56,161 bases of DNA from an uncultured Bacteroidales bacterium (GTDB lineage: Bacteria; Bacteroidota; Bacteroidia; Bacteroidales; UBA10428): contig CAZOLY010000001.1 in the NCBI GenBank assembly GCA_964580815.1, positions 1-56,161 of the forward strand. Reading direction: 5' to 3'. This document shows, one piece after another, positions 47,784 to 56,161 of the stretch (its first letter is position 1; each line of letters starts with the position of its first letter). The notes beneath the pieces were generated by a model that saw nothing but the letters and a program-made list of their open reading frames with translations, made no database searches and was not told the DNA's origin. The position numbers were made by a program, and so were the translations under genes.

Positions 47784-49136
47784 TCAAACAGGTATTGTAA
47801 AACAAAATGTGCTGCCTTTGCCGGCTTCACTTTCAACAAATATTTCCCCCTTATTAATTTCTATCAATTCCTTGCACAGGATAAGTCCTAGTCCGGATCC
47901 TTTTATTTCACTGTCTTTTGTTGTGATAATAGTATCAATTTTAAAAAGCTTCGGCATGTCTTCCTGCTTAATCCCGATGCCTGTATCTTTTATGCTCACC
48001 TTTATGAATTCATTTTCCTCATCAATGTTAATGATTATCTTTCCCTTTGAAGGAGTGAATTTTATAGCGTTTGTAATAAGGTTGCGAATAATGGTTTTTA
48101 TCATATTTTTATCGGCATACACTTCAGGATCTGTTTTTTCATCTATTAATATCTCGATATTTTTTTTGTTGGCCATTTCATTTAATAATGAGGCATTATC
48201 TTTGATAATGTCCAGGATAAGGAATTTTTCCGGATTTGCTTCAAGCTTGCCGGTCTGAATTTTGGCCCATTCCAGTAAATTTTCCAGCAGCTCAAAGGTT
48301 TTTGTTGATGATTGCCGTATATAATCAACATATTCAGCTATATTTTCATAACGTTTGTTTTGCATCTCCGATAATATCAACTCTGATAATCCCTGTATAT
48401 TATGAAAAGGATTTCGCAGATCGTGGGCAATAAGGGAAAAAAATTTGTCTTTGGTTGCATTTAGCTGAGATAACACTAATGCCTGCTTACTGACTTCCAT
48501 TTCAGCTTTTTCTCTTTTTTTTATGTGTATTATAAGACTGCAAAGAGTAATAAGAAGCAATACTATTGCAACAAAGTAACCGGCAACCAATGCAACAACA
48601 ATTTCTTTTGCTCTTTTTTCAGTTTTTTCCCTGAATGTTTCCAGTTTCTCTTCAAGCCTGGTCTCCATACCTGAGGCAACATCCCTGATTTTAAAGTATG
48701 TCAGTGTAGCCCGTGTGTACAATCTCTTTTTTTTCGGGAGGGATTTATTATCTGCAGAAGTGGTTATTGTCGTATCAAGGATACTTATATCCTGTCTGAC
48801 CAGTAAATTGAGTGAATCAATATTATTTTTTAAAATATAGTTTTCATATTTTAAGTTATATATGACCTCAAGGTTTTTAAAGAGAGATTTTTTATAATCA
48901 TTATAAAGATTATAGTGGAAGCTGTCCCTGGTCTGTATAAAGTCTCGTTGTGCAATGTTTGCAGATCTTAGCTTTAATCTTATTTCTTCCACTGTCTCAT
49001 AGAGCCTGGTAACTTCAGATATTTCTATATTGTCTTTAATTAAGCTTGAAGTAACCTTAATTACGAAAATTGCAGTTAAGATAAAAATGATTATGGCTAT
49101 TATAAAATATGTAAGGGCTCTTCCTTTCATAAGCAT
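47784..49136 (-). CDS. Sensor histidine kinase with two TM segments and a ~150-aa extracytoplasmic helical sensor region
   Basis: The H-box is FSLIAHDLRNPF, the N-box is IIRNLITNAIKFT, G1 is DTGIGI and G2 is GSGLGL. No response-regulator gene lies next to it. Confidence 0.9.
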   Translation of the reverse strand: MLMKGRALTYFIIAIIIFILTAIFVIKVTSSLIKDNIEISEVTRLYETVEEIRLKLRSANIAQRDFIQTRDSFHYNLYNDYKKSLFKNLEVIYNLKYENYILKNNIDSLNLLVRQDISILDTTITTSADNKSLPKKKRLYTRATLTYFKIRDVASGMETRLEEKLETFREKTEKRAKEIVVALVAGYFVAIVLLLITLCSLIIHIKKREKAEMEVSKQALVLSQLNATKDKFFSLIAHDLRNPFHNIQGLSELILSEMQNKRYENIAEYVDYIRQSSTKTFELLENLLEWAKIQTGKLEANPEKFLILDIIKDNASLLNEMANKKNIEILIDEKTDPEVYADKNMIKTIIRNLITNAIKFTPSKGKIIINIDEENEFIKVSIKDTGIGIKQEDMPKLFKIDTIITTKDSEIKGSGLGLILCKELIEINKGEIFVESEAGKGSTFCFTIPV

Positions 49137-49360
49137 TTTCAGATAACCTTATCTGGCCGGATATAATTTATTATCGTGCTGTCGCTATTTAGACTCATAT
49201 TTTGCAAAAAGTAACTTATGAGTTTATAATTCAGAACTGGTAATTATATTATATTAATTATTGCAGGTTAAAATTAAAAAATTAGAGGCATGTTAAAATG
49301 ACATTAAAAAAGGATTAAAAATAACAGAATATCATAACTTAAGCGACTAACAGTTAGAAT

Positions 49361-49549
49361 TTATGCAGCGTTCCTGAAATATTCATGAAATTCTGAATAA
49401 GTGAAATTCCTGAACTTATACGTACCGTTGAATATCCTGTATATTGCAGGATATCTAAAAGATGTTGGGATAGCTATATATTCATATAACTCATTTATTT
49501 TAAAATTAACCTGGCCATCATTATAGCTTTTAATACATCTGCATTTCAT
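49361..49549 (-). CDS. Hypothetical small protein. Its coding status is uncertain.
   Basis: 62-aa ORF rich in Tyr, Phe and Asn (MKCRCIKSYNDGQVNFKINELYEY...), sitting alone in a 600-nt AT-rich gap. The reading frame stays open another 96 nt upstream without an ATG. Confidence 0.3.
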   Translation of the reverse strand: MKCRCIKSYNDGQVNFKINELYEYIAIPTSFRYPAIYRIFNGTYKFRNFTYSEFHEYFRNAA

Positions 49550-49743
49550 GAACTTATCTGTATTTTTAAATTCGTAATATATTTTAAAACCCGGGTATTT
49601 TGTAATTAAGTCTTCAAGTAGTATTATTATGCCGGTAAATGTGATTTAGCCGGTGAATCTCTTTGACTGAAGGAATCAGGTATATCCTTAACAAAAAGTA
49701 TGCCGATGCGGCCTATATATAAAACAATATTTGGGGTGTTTTG

Positions 49744-50892
49744 TTAAAATTGATTCTTCTTTATGAACAGCCTTATCAGCCGGGAAATTCTCTCTGCTGT
49801 ATTGCGGATTAATATATCCGCTTTTTTAAGGGTATTTTCAATATCTTCAGGATTGTCAGTAATGGGAAAAATACTATCGAATCCCTTTTCATATAGTTCA
49901 TCTGCTTTTTCACCCAAAGATCCGGTTATTGCTATTACAGGTTTTTTATACTTCGCGGCAATCCTGGCAACACCGAATGGTGTTTTGCCGAATTGTGTCT
50001 GGTAGTCGATTTTTCCTTCACCTGTTATAACGATATCGGCTTTACTGACTTCTTTTTCCAGGTTAACTATATTTTTAATTATGTCAAATCCCGGTTTTAA
50101 TTCGGCTTTAAGGAAGACCATTAGTCCGGCTGCCAGTCCGCCTGCTGCACCAGCACCCTTTATATTTTGAATATCAATATTTAAAATCCCGCTTATCTTA
50201 TATGCAAAATGCCGCATATTATTATCGAGTTTTTTTACCATGGCAGTGTCAGCTCCTTTTTGGGGGCCATAAATAGCTGCTGCACCCCGGGGGCCGTAGA
50301 AGGGATTGTCTACATCGCAGGCAACCAGTATTTCACATTTGTTTATTCGTTTATCCAGTTCTCTAACGTCAATTTCAGATATTTTATTAAGAGTCCCGCC
50401 GCCATGCCCTGTTTCTTTACCCTGAGCATCAAGGAACCTGACTCCCAGGGCTTGAGCCATCCCTGTGCCAGCGTCAATAGTAGCACTTCCGCCAACGCCA
50501 ATCACCAGTCTTTCACATCCCATATCCAAAGCATGGCTTATAAGTTCTCCTGTGCCGTATGTTGATGTTATCCATGGATTACGTTCGTTTTTTTTCAGCA
50601 GCTCTATTCCCGATGCTGCGGCCATCTCGATTACTGCTGTTTTTTTGTCTCCAAGCATCCCGAAAAAGGATTTTATCCGGCGCATTAGGGGGTCATGTAC
50701 TTCGACCGTAATAATTTTCCCGCCCGTGGCTCCGACAAGGGCTTCAACGGTGCCCTCTCCGCCATCTGCCATGGGCAATATCGTGATACAGGCTTCCGGC
50801 ATTATCCTTCGTATGCCTGTTTCAATGTTTTGCGCCACCTCCAGGGCGCTGAGACAATCTTTAAAAGAATCGGGGGCTATTAGTATGTTCAT
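49744..50892 (-). CDS. glxK: Glycerate kinase
   Basis: The ATG at 50892 gives MNILIAPDSFKDCLSA..., the typical glycerate kinase N-terminus. The longer track ORF (to 50979) would overlap the divergent gene at 50968. Confidence 0.88.
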   Translation of the reverse strand: MNILIAPDSFKDCLSALEVAQNIETGIRRIMPEACITILPMADGGEGTVEALVGATGGKIITVEVHDPLMRRIKSFFGMLGDKKTAVIEMAAASGIELLKKNERNPWITSTYGTGELISHALDMGCERLVIGVGGSATIDAGTGMAQALGVRFLDAQGKETGHGGGTLNKISEIDVRELDKRINKCEILVACDVDNPFYGPRGAAAIYGPQKGADTAMVKKLDNNMRHFAYKISGILNIDIQNIKGAGAAGGLAAGLMVFLKAELKPGFDIIKNIVNLEKEVSKADIVITGEGKIDYQTQFGKTPFGVARIAAKYKKPVIAITGSLGEKADELYEKGFDSIFPITDNPEDIENTLKKADILIRNTAERISRLIRLFIKKNQF

Positions 50893-50967
50893 TATGCTAA
50901 ATAATTTTCCGATAACCGTGATAAATGAATTAGCCAATTTATCTATATTTAGCCAAATTATAAAAAA

Positions 50968-51756
50968 ATGGCTGATCAAAGATTTAAATGGGATGCAAAG
51001 CTATACCAGGAAAATTCTGCTTTTCAGTATGAACTTGCCTTGATGGCCATAAAGAAGCTGAAGCCGGGGAAAAGAGAGAGGATACTTGATATTGGCTGTG
51101 GCAATGCTGTTGTTACAATAGAGCTGGCAAAGCATGTGCCGGAAGGTGAAATTGTTGCTATTGAAATATCGGCTGATATGTATAAACAGGCCATAGAAAA
51201 TATAAAGGGAAGAAATATCAGCAATATCAATATTGTGAACAAAAATGCATTTGACATAGATTACAGGGATGAGTTCGATGCCGTTTTTTCCAATTCGGCA
51301 ATACACTGGATTTATAACCTTGAAAAGATGTACGGCAAAATTTATGAAGCATTGAAAAACAAAGGCCGGATAATGGTACAGACAGCTTCAAACGAAAGGA
51401 ATGCATTGGTTGATGCCCTGGACAAATTATTATACTTGCCGGAATTTAAGAAATATTTGAAGGACTTTAAATATCCATGGAGGTTTCTCTCTAAAACTGA
51501 AACAATAAAGATACTCAGGGATAATAATTTTAAGTACATCAATGTTGAGCCATATACTTTTAAAGTAGAATTCAACAATCTTAAAAAATTGACCGGCTTC
51601 TTCAAGTCGGCAGCTCTTATACCTTTTTTATCGGTAATTCCGGAAGAGGCGCACGGACTGGTAATAAGTAAGTTCCTGAATATATATTTCGATATTAATA
51701 AATCGCAGCAGCTGACAGTTGAGATGAACAGGCTGTTTATAGGGGCTGAAAAATGA
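50968..51756 (+). CDS. Class I SAM-dependent methyltransferase (Tam / trans-aconitate methyltransferase-like)
   Basis: KWDAKLYQENSAFQ... is followed by motif I ILDIGCGNAVVT. 262 aa. Confidence 0.8.
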   Translation: MADQRFKWDAKLYQENSAFQYELALMAIKKLKPGKRERILDIGCGNAVVTIELAKHVPEGEIVAIEISADMYKQAIENIKGRNISNINIVNKNAFDIDYRDEFDAVFSNSAIHWIYNLEKMYGKIYEALKNKGRIMVQTASNERNALVDALDKLLYLPEFKKYLKDFKYPWRFLSKTETIKILRDNNFKYINVEPYTFKVEFNNLKKLTGFFKSAALIPFLSVIPEEAHGLVISKFLNIYFDINKSQQLTVEMNRLFIGAEK

Positions 51757-51837
51757 AACATCTGCCTATGATAAAGCTTCAGTAAATAAATCAGGCAATC
51801 AGGGAAACAAGTATTATGAAATATTTGCAAAACTTTA

Positions 51838-51845
51838 TACTTTTG
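51838..51845 (+). promoter_or_regulatory. Candidate -7 promoter box (TAnnTTTG) for tRNA-Gln
   Basis: TACTTTTG ends 10 nt upstream of tRNA position 1. Confidence 0.4.
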
Positions 51846-51855
51846 CATCACATTT

Positions 51856-51928
51856 TGCCCCGTGGTGTAATTGGCAACACGTCTGACTCTGGATCAGAAA
51901 AGTCTAGGTTCGAGTCCTAGCGGGGCAG
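51856..51928 (+). tRNA. tRNA-Gln (anticodon CTG)
   Basis: I folded the cloverleaf by hand. The acceptor stem is TGCCCCG/CGGGGCA (U1-A72, discriminator G73, as in bacterial tRNA-Gln). The D stem is GTGT/ACAC, the anticodon stem is TCTGA/TCAGA with loop CTCTGGA, the T stem is CTAGG/CCTAG, and the T loop is TTCGAGT. CCA is not encoded. Confidence 0.9.
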
Positions 51929-51952
51929 CTTTTTATTAAGATACAATAATCA

Positions 51953-52969
51953 ATGATATTCGTTACCGGCGGCACCGGATTAATAGGCTCCCACCTCCTG
52001 TATCAGCTGGCAAGTAAAGGAAACCAGGTAAGGGCACTGAGAAGAAAAACAAGCAACGTTAGTATATTGAATAAGATTTTCGGGTATTATTCAGATGATC
52101 CCGGAAAGCTTCTCAGCCAAATAAGCTGGTATGAGGCCGATATCCTGGATAAAAAATCGCTGGGGAAAGCCTTTGAAGGGACAGATCAGGTATACCACTG
52201 CGCGGCGCTCGTGTCATTCGATCCTGCTGATGACCAGTATATCCTCGAATCAAATGTGAGGTGCACAAGGAATATTGTTGAATTATGCATGGAAAATAAA
52301 ATTGGCAAATTATGTCATCTCAGCTCTGTAGCTGCCCTAGGACGTAAATTTGATTCGGTTGAAGCACATATTGATGAAGAAACACCGTGGGAGGATTCGA
52401 ATAAGATGTCTGCCTATGCCAGGAGCAAGTATCTTTCCGAACAGGAGGTATGGAAAGGTATTGAAAATGGATTGAATGCAGTGATAGTAAATCCTTCAAT
52501 AGTATTCGGACCGGGAGACTGGAGTAGAAGCAGTTCGAAGATGTTTTATACAATATGGAAAGGACTGAGATTTTATACTGCAGGTTCCAATTCGTTTGTT
52601 GATGTCAGGGATGTATGCAGGGCCATGATTGGTCTTATGGAAAGCAATATTTCCGGGGAGCGCTTTATACTGACTTCTGAGAACCTGCCGTTCCGTGATG
52701 TTTTTAACATTATAGCAGACAATTTAAATAAAAAAAGGCCGTCGGTAAAAACCACAAGACTTATGGGAGAGATGGCATGGCGCCTGAATATTATCTATAG
52801 CATAATCACAGGAAAGCCGCCATTAATAACAAAAGAGACTGCCAGAACCGGACAAAAAAGAATATTCTTTTCCAGTGGAAAAATCAGGAAACAGCTGGAT
52901 TTCGAATTTATCCCCATGGAACAATCTGTTAAAGATACATGCAGGTTATTATTGAAAGAGTACAGTTGA
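51953..52969 (+). CDS. NAD-dependent epimerase/dehydratase family protein (extended SDR)
   Basis: VTGGTGLIGSHL and YARSK (YxxxK) are present. 338 aa. Confidence 0.82.
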   Translation: MIFVTGGTGLIGSHLLYQLASKGNQVRALRRKTSNVSILNKIFGYYSDDPGKLLSQISWYEADILDKKSLGKAFEGTDQVYHCAALVSFDPADDQYILESNVRCTRNIVELCMENKIGKLCHLSSVAALGRKFDSVEAHIDEETPWEDSNKMSAYARSKYLSEQEVWKGIENGLNAVIVNPSIVFGPGDWSRSSSKMFYTIWKGLRFYTAGSNSFVDVRDVCRAMIGLMESNISGERFILTSENLPFRDVFNIIADNLNKKRPSVKTTRLMGEMAWRLNIIYSIITGKPPLITKETARTGQKRIFFSSGKIRKQLDFEFIPMEQSVKDTCRLLLKEYS

Positions 52970-53000
52970 AATTGAGCAATTTACTCAGGAATACAGTTAT

Positions 53001-53807
53001 CTAGTTGCTCCTGTCATAATTGGCATGATTCTTCTCCTGTATCCTGCGTGTTAAACTGGTTACAGCATTCCTTGGCAGAAAACGTATAAGGTTGGCAGTA
53101 AGATAATTTATAAAACGGTGTATAGCTACAACCTTCCCTCTGTTCATAGCCCTGTATCCATACTTAGCAACAGCAGCCGGAGTAGTATAGACCCAGCTTT
53201 TATCGGCATAATCGGGCATACCTGTATTTATTGTCTCCTGGAATCCGGTTTTTGTGGCACCCGGACATAATACTGTTACGGTTATTCCTGAGTCCTTTAC
53301 CTCATTGGCAATGGCTTCCGAAAAGTGGAGTATATAAGCCTTTGAAGCAAAGTATACTGACATAAGCGGACTGGGCTGGAAAGCCGCCATAGAGGCCACA
53401 TTCATAATTTTCCCTTTTTTCCTTTCAAGCATCCCCTTTAAAAAAAGTTTTGTCATGTGAGTAAGTGCTATTATGTGCAACTTCAGCATCTTCAGTTCAG
53501 TATCCCAGTCAGTCTCATTGAATTTACCGTAATGTCCGAATCCTGCATTATTTATCAGAATATCAATGTCTATTTTCTCATTTTGCAATTCTTCAAAAAT
53601 ATCCTTTGCAGCACCAGGCAAGGTTAAATCTTTAATAATGGTTTTAATATTTATATTGGGATTAATATTAAGCAGATCCTTTGTTACATCAGGCAAATCA
53701 CTTTTCTGATCTATCAGTACAAGATCATAGGAGTCCCTGGCCATAAGCTTTGCCAGCTCAAGTCCTATTCCCCCGGCAGCACCTGTAATTAAAGCAGTAT
53801 TTCTCAT
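53001..53807 (-). CDS. Short-chain dehydrogenase/reductase (classical SDR)
   Basis: ITGAAGGIGLELA, NNAG and YFASK (YxxxK) are present. 268 aa. Confidence 0.88.
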   Translation of the reverse strand: MRNTALITGAAGGIGLELAKLMARDSYDLVLIDQKSDLPDVTKDLLNINPNINIKTIIKDLTLPGAAKDIFEELQNEKIDIDILINNAGFGHYGKFNETDWDTELKMLKLHIIALTHMTKLFLKGMLERKKGKIMNVASMAAFQPSPLMSVYFASKAYILHFSEAIANEVKDSGITVTVLCPGATKTGFQETINTGMPDYADKSWVYTTPAAVAKYGYRAMNRGKVVAIHRFINYLTANLIRFLPRNAVTSLTRRIQEKNHANYDRSN

Positions 53808-53919
53808 AAAACTCTGTTGTATGATTGCTAAAATAATACTTACCGGCTAAAGATAAAGCTTTTGACTACTTATTATTTAAAACTGAAAAAATACTTTCGG
53901 CAAGAATTTCATTATTTAA

Positions 53920-53927
53920 TATATTTG
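53920..53927 (+). promoter_or_regulatory. Candidate -7 promoter box (TAnnTTTG) directly upstream of dam
   Basis: TATATTTG ends only 7 nt before the ATG at 53935, which implies a leaderless or near-leaderless transcript. Confidence 0.3.
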
Positions 53928-53934
53928 AGTTGCA

Positions 53935-54858
53935 ATGATAGAAAAATCTGAAATAAAAGCCAAACCATTCCTAAAATGGGTCGGGGGCAAGGGACAGCTT
54001 GTGGGCAGGTTTGCTGATATCTATCCTGTTGAACTTGCCAGTGGCCAGGTTAAATACTATTTCGAACCCTTTCTGGGAGGAGGAGCGGTTTTTTTTGATA
54101 TCACATCAAATTATAAAATAAAATCAGCCATGCTTTATGATATAAATGATGAACTTGTACTAACATATAAGGTTGTTCAAAGAGATGCTGATAAATTACT
54201 GGAATTTTTGCGCAGGTACAGGAGGGACTATCTGGATTTACCATTTGACAGGCGCAAGGAATATTTTTATGAAATGCGCACAAATTATAACATGCAGAGA
54301 TTTAATATTGATTTTAAAAAATATTCTGAAAACTGGATACTACGTGCTGCCCAAGTGATCTTTCTGAATAAGACCTGTTACAACGGGCTCTTTCGGGTTA
54401 ATTCAAAGGGGGCATTTAATTCTCCTGCCGGTGATTATAAAAATCCACGGATATTCAGTGAGGAAAACCTTTTAAATGCTTCAAAACTTCTTTCCTGTGC
54501 AGAAATAATAAAAGCTGATTTTAAGGACTTCAAACCTCCAAATGTTGAGGGATCTTTTATATATTTAGATCCACCCTATCGTCCCATCAGCCATACAGCA
54601 TATTTTACATCCTATGCAAAAAATGAATTTACTGATATGGATCAGTATGTGCTGGCTGATCTTTACAAAGAACTGGATAAAAAAGGGGCAAAGCTGATGC
54701 TAAGTAATTCCGATCCTAAGAATATTGACCCTGATGATAATTTTTTTGATAAACTTTATAAAGACTATTATGTTAAGCGTATACAGGCAAAACGTATGAT
54801 AAATTCAGTTGTTGCGGGACGTGGTGAAATTAACGAGCTTATTGTAACAAATTATTAG
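53935..54858 (+). CDS. dam: Dam-family DNA N6-adenine methyltransferase (D12 class, GATC-type)
   Basis: The N-terminal SAM block is KPFLKWVGGKGQL, the catalytic motif is DPPY, and FNSP/NxxxYNGLFR-type blocks are present. 307 aa. Confidence 0.88.
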   Translation: MIEKSEIKAKPFLKWVGGKGQLVGRFADIYPVELASGQVKYYFEPFLGGGAVFFDITSNYKIKSAMLYDINDELVLTYKVVQRDADKLLEFLRRYRRDYLDLPFDRRKEYFYEMRTNYNMQRFNIDFKKYSENWILRAAQVIFLNKTCYNGLFRVNSKGAFNSPAGDYKNPRIFSEENLLNASKLLSCAEIIKADFKDFKPPNVEGSFIYLDPPYRPISHTAYFTSYAKNEFTDMDQYVLADLYKELDKKGAKLMLSNSDPKNIDPDDNFFDKLYKDYYVKRIQAKRMINSVVAGRGEINELIVTNY

Positions 54859-54865
54859 ATTGCAG

Positions 54866-55723
54866 ATGAAGAAATATATAAACAGGGAGATTGCAGACTA
54901 TTATGATCAGACCGTTACGCATTACCGTACATTCTGGGCCCTGGATCAAAGTCTTGCCATTCATTACGGTATATGGCAGCCGGGGATAAAGAATTTCAGG
55001 CAATCGCTGGAGAATACAAACAGGATTCTTGCAGAAAAGGCAGGGGTTAAACAATCTGATTATGTGCTGGATGCGGGATGCGGTGTGGGAGGCTCTGCTA
55101 TTTACCTTGCAAAAGAATACGGGTGTCACGTTAGGGGAATAACATTAAGTGAAAAGCAGGTCAGACTTGCGCAGGAAAATGCAGAAAAGAATAATTTTAG
55201 TGGCCTTTTATCATTCGAAAATAAAGATTACTGTGCTACGGGTTACAGTGAAGGCACTTTCGATTTAATATGGGCGCTTGAAAGTGCAGGGACGGCCGTT
55301 AATAAAAGTGCATTTATTAAAGAATCTTATCGCATACTTAAACCGGGAGGGCGGATAATTCTTGCTGATTATTTTAAAACCGGCAATCTTAATACCGATA
55401 ATAGCAAGATCATGAAAAACTGGCTTAATAACTGGGCCATATCAGATCTGGATACTATAGAAGATTTTAAAAACAAGCTGGCTAAGGAGGGATTTGATAA
55501 TATTGTCATTGAGGATTATACAAGCAACATAATGTCCTCTGCAAGGCGTATGTACCTTGTATCTTTTCCCGGGTATGTTGCAACAAAGCTGTATAACCTT
55601 TTTTATAATGCCACGCCATTTTCCAGGACTCATTACAGGGCATCTTTAAATCAGTACAGGGCTTTAAAAAGAGGGTACTGGAAATATAGAGTTATATGTT
55701 CAGATAAGCCTGGTACGGTTTAG
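54866..55723 (+). CDS. Class I SAM-dependent methyltransferase (small-molecule type, ERG6/UbiE-like)
   Basis: Motif I is VLDAGCGVGGSAIYLA and the post-I block is RGITLS. The N-terminus ADYYDQTVTHYRTFW...HYGIW is typical of small-molecule C- or O-methyltransferases. The ORF-track start at 54860 is a TTG, and the ATG at 54866 lies 7 nt after the dam stop. Confidence 0.8.
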   Translation: MKKYINREIADYYDQTVTHYRTFWALDQSLAIHYGIWQPGIKNFRQSLENTNRILAEKAGVKQSDYVLDAGCGVGGSAIYLAKEYGCHVRGITLSEKQVRLAQENAEKNNFSGLLSFENKDYCATGYSEGTFDLIWALESAGTAVNKSAFIKESYRILKPGGRIILADYFKTGNLNTDNSKIMKNWLNNWAISDLDTIEDFKNKLAKEGFDNIVIEDYTSNIMSSARRMYLVSFPGYVATKLYNLFYNATPFSRTHYRASLNQYRALKRGYWKYRVICSDKPGTV

Positions 55724-55839
55724 TATATAGTATTGAGTTTAAGCAAAAGCAACCATACAGTATGAAAATTCGTCTAAAAGAAGAGCTAGATTACGGGCAG
55801 TATTGTGAAACACGGTCAGGTTACCCCTGGGATTAGCTT

Positions 55840-56161
55840 TTAACCGGCTTCCGGACTTTGCATTATTGTCGTGATACCGGTATTTATTCTTTTCAGGACT
55901 TCATTTTTACCCAGTAGTTCCATAATATCGAACAGATGAGGGCCGGAGTTCGATCCGACAATCAGGATGCGCAAAGGGTTCATTACTTTTCCGAACCCTG
56001 TGCCTGTTTCTTCCGTAAAGTTTTTAACAACATTTTCAATGGCGGATGAATTAAACAGACCGGTTTTTTCGAGCAGGGCGGCAATTTTTGATATTATTCC
56101 GGGAGTATCATCTTTCCAGAATTTTTGAATTTCTTTTGGATTATAACAGGCAGGGGCTTTA
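55840..56161 (-). CDS. gltX: C-terminal end of glutamate--tRNA ligase. The 5' part lies beyond the window end.
   Basis: My minus-strand translation gives ...KEIQKFWKDDTPGIISKIAALLEKTGLFNSSAIENVVKNFTEETGTGFGKVMNPLRILIVGSNSGPHLFDIMELLGKNEVLKRINTGITTIMQSPEAG, then a stop at 55842..55840. The GKVMxPLRxxxVG...GPxxxxxMxxLGKxE pattern matches the Bacteroidota GltX C-termini I recall. Confidence 0.55.
   Translation of the reverse strand, partial: KAPACYNPKEIQKFWKDDTPGIISKIAALLEKTGLFNSSAIENVVKNFTEETGTGFGKVMNPLRILIVGSNSGPHLFDIMELLGKNEVLKRINTGITTIMQSPEAG

Noticed and set aside
50893-50979. N-terminal 29-codon extension of glycerate kinase given in the ORF track. Similar upstream extensions occur at 2699-2737 (ung), 25524-25538 (radA), 26483-26491 (panD), 21772-21795 (PBP1A), 41077-41112 (NTF2 lipoprotein) and 54860-54865 (methyltransferase).
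   Set aside because: The extensions add non-conserved residues. Most start at TTG, and for PBP1A the TTG lies inside a -7 promoter box. In the glycerate kinase case the extension would overlap the divergent gene. The internal ATGs reproduce the canonical family N-termini.
51856-55723. Possible genomic island integrated at tRNA-Gln (tRNA followed by SDR genes, dam and a methyltransferase)
   Set aside because: No integrase, recombinase or phage genes are present. I could not find a direct repeat of the tRNA 3' end downstream. The genes are in mixed orientation with ordinary composition.
55762-55836. 24-codon ORF (MKIRLKEELDYGQYCETRSGYPWD) in the convergent gap between the methyltransferase and gltX
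   Set aside because: It is too short, has no recognisable motif, and sits in a 3' intergenic region. It is most likely a chance ORF.
1-56161. Window-wide scan for CRISPR arrays, IS elements, transposases, integrases, rRNA genes, prophage genes, and known defence or toxin-antitoxin modules
   Set aside because: I saw no regularly spaced direct repeats, DDE or tyrosine/serine recombinase motifs, or characteristic defence-gene motifs in any listed ORF or intergenic stretch. The only tandem repeat array is the intragenic one at 699-1271.

Overview
AT-rich chromosomal segment (hand-counted 100-nt samples of ordinary genes give about 36% GC) from a member of the Bacteroidota. The phylum call rests on a complete porP-gldK-gldL-gldM-gldN type IX secretion/gliding core operon (12049-17948, minus strand), several TAnnTTTG -7 promoter boxes, and typical Bacteroidota synteny (panD-panC diverging from a half-size glycogen-synthase-like gene, a DUF4270-like gene and glmS). 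Most of the window is housekeeping: ung, topA, PBP1A, radA, panCD, glmS, metG, cysEK, proC, pgk, tRNA-Gln, sugar-nucleotide genes and an MlaFE-type ABC pair. I saw no transposase, integrase, CRISPR array, rRNA or recognisable defence system. The best candidate for something undescribed is a tightly packed three-gene envelope module at 2871-8847: a TM-anchored beta-propeller protein, a lipoprotein, and an outer-membrane barrel whose N-terminus resembles PorP. I cannot place any of the three in a characterised family. Other points of interest are:
- a 15-16-aa GF-N solenoid-repeat outer-membrane protein
- a roughly 1.1 kb GC-rich islet marked by a 19-codon duplicated MmcQ/YjbR gene fragment
- an arginase-fold protein with half of its metal ligands substituted
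- an orphan Dam methylase
- a HAD-hydrolase remnant whose start overlaps the ung stop
Several ORF-track starts are upstream TTG extensions, and I have moved these to the internal ATG. All functional calls come from motif and pattern recognition by eye. No database search was run.
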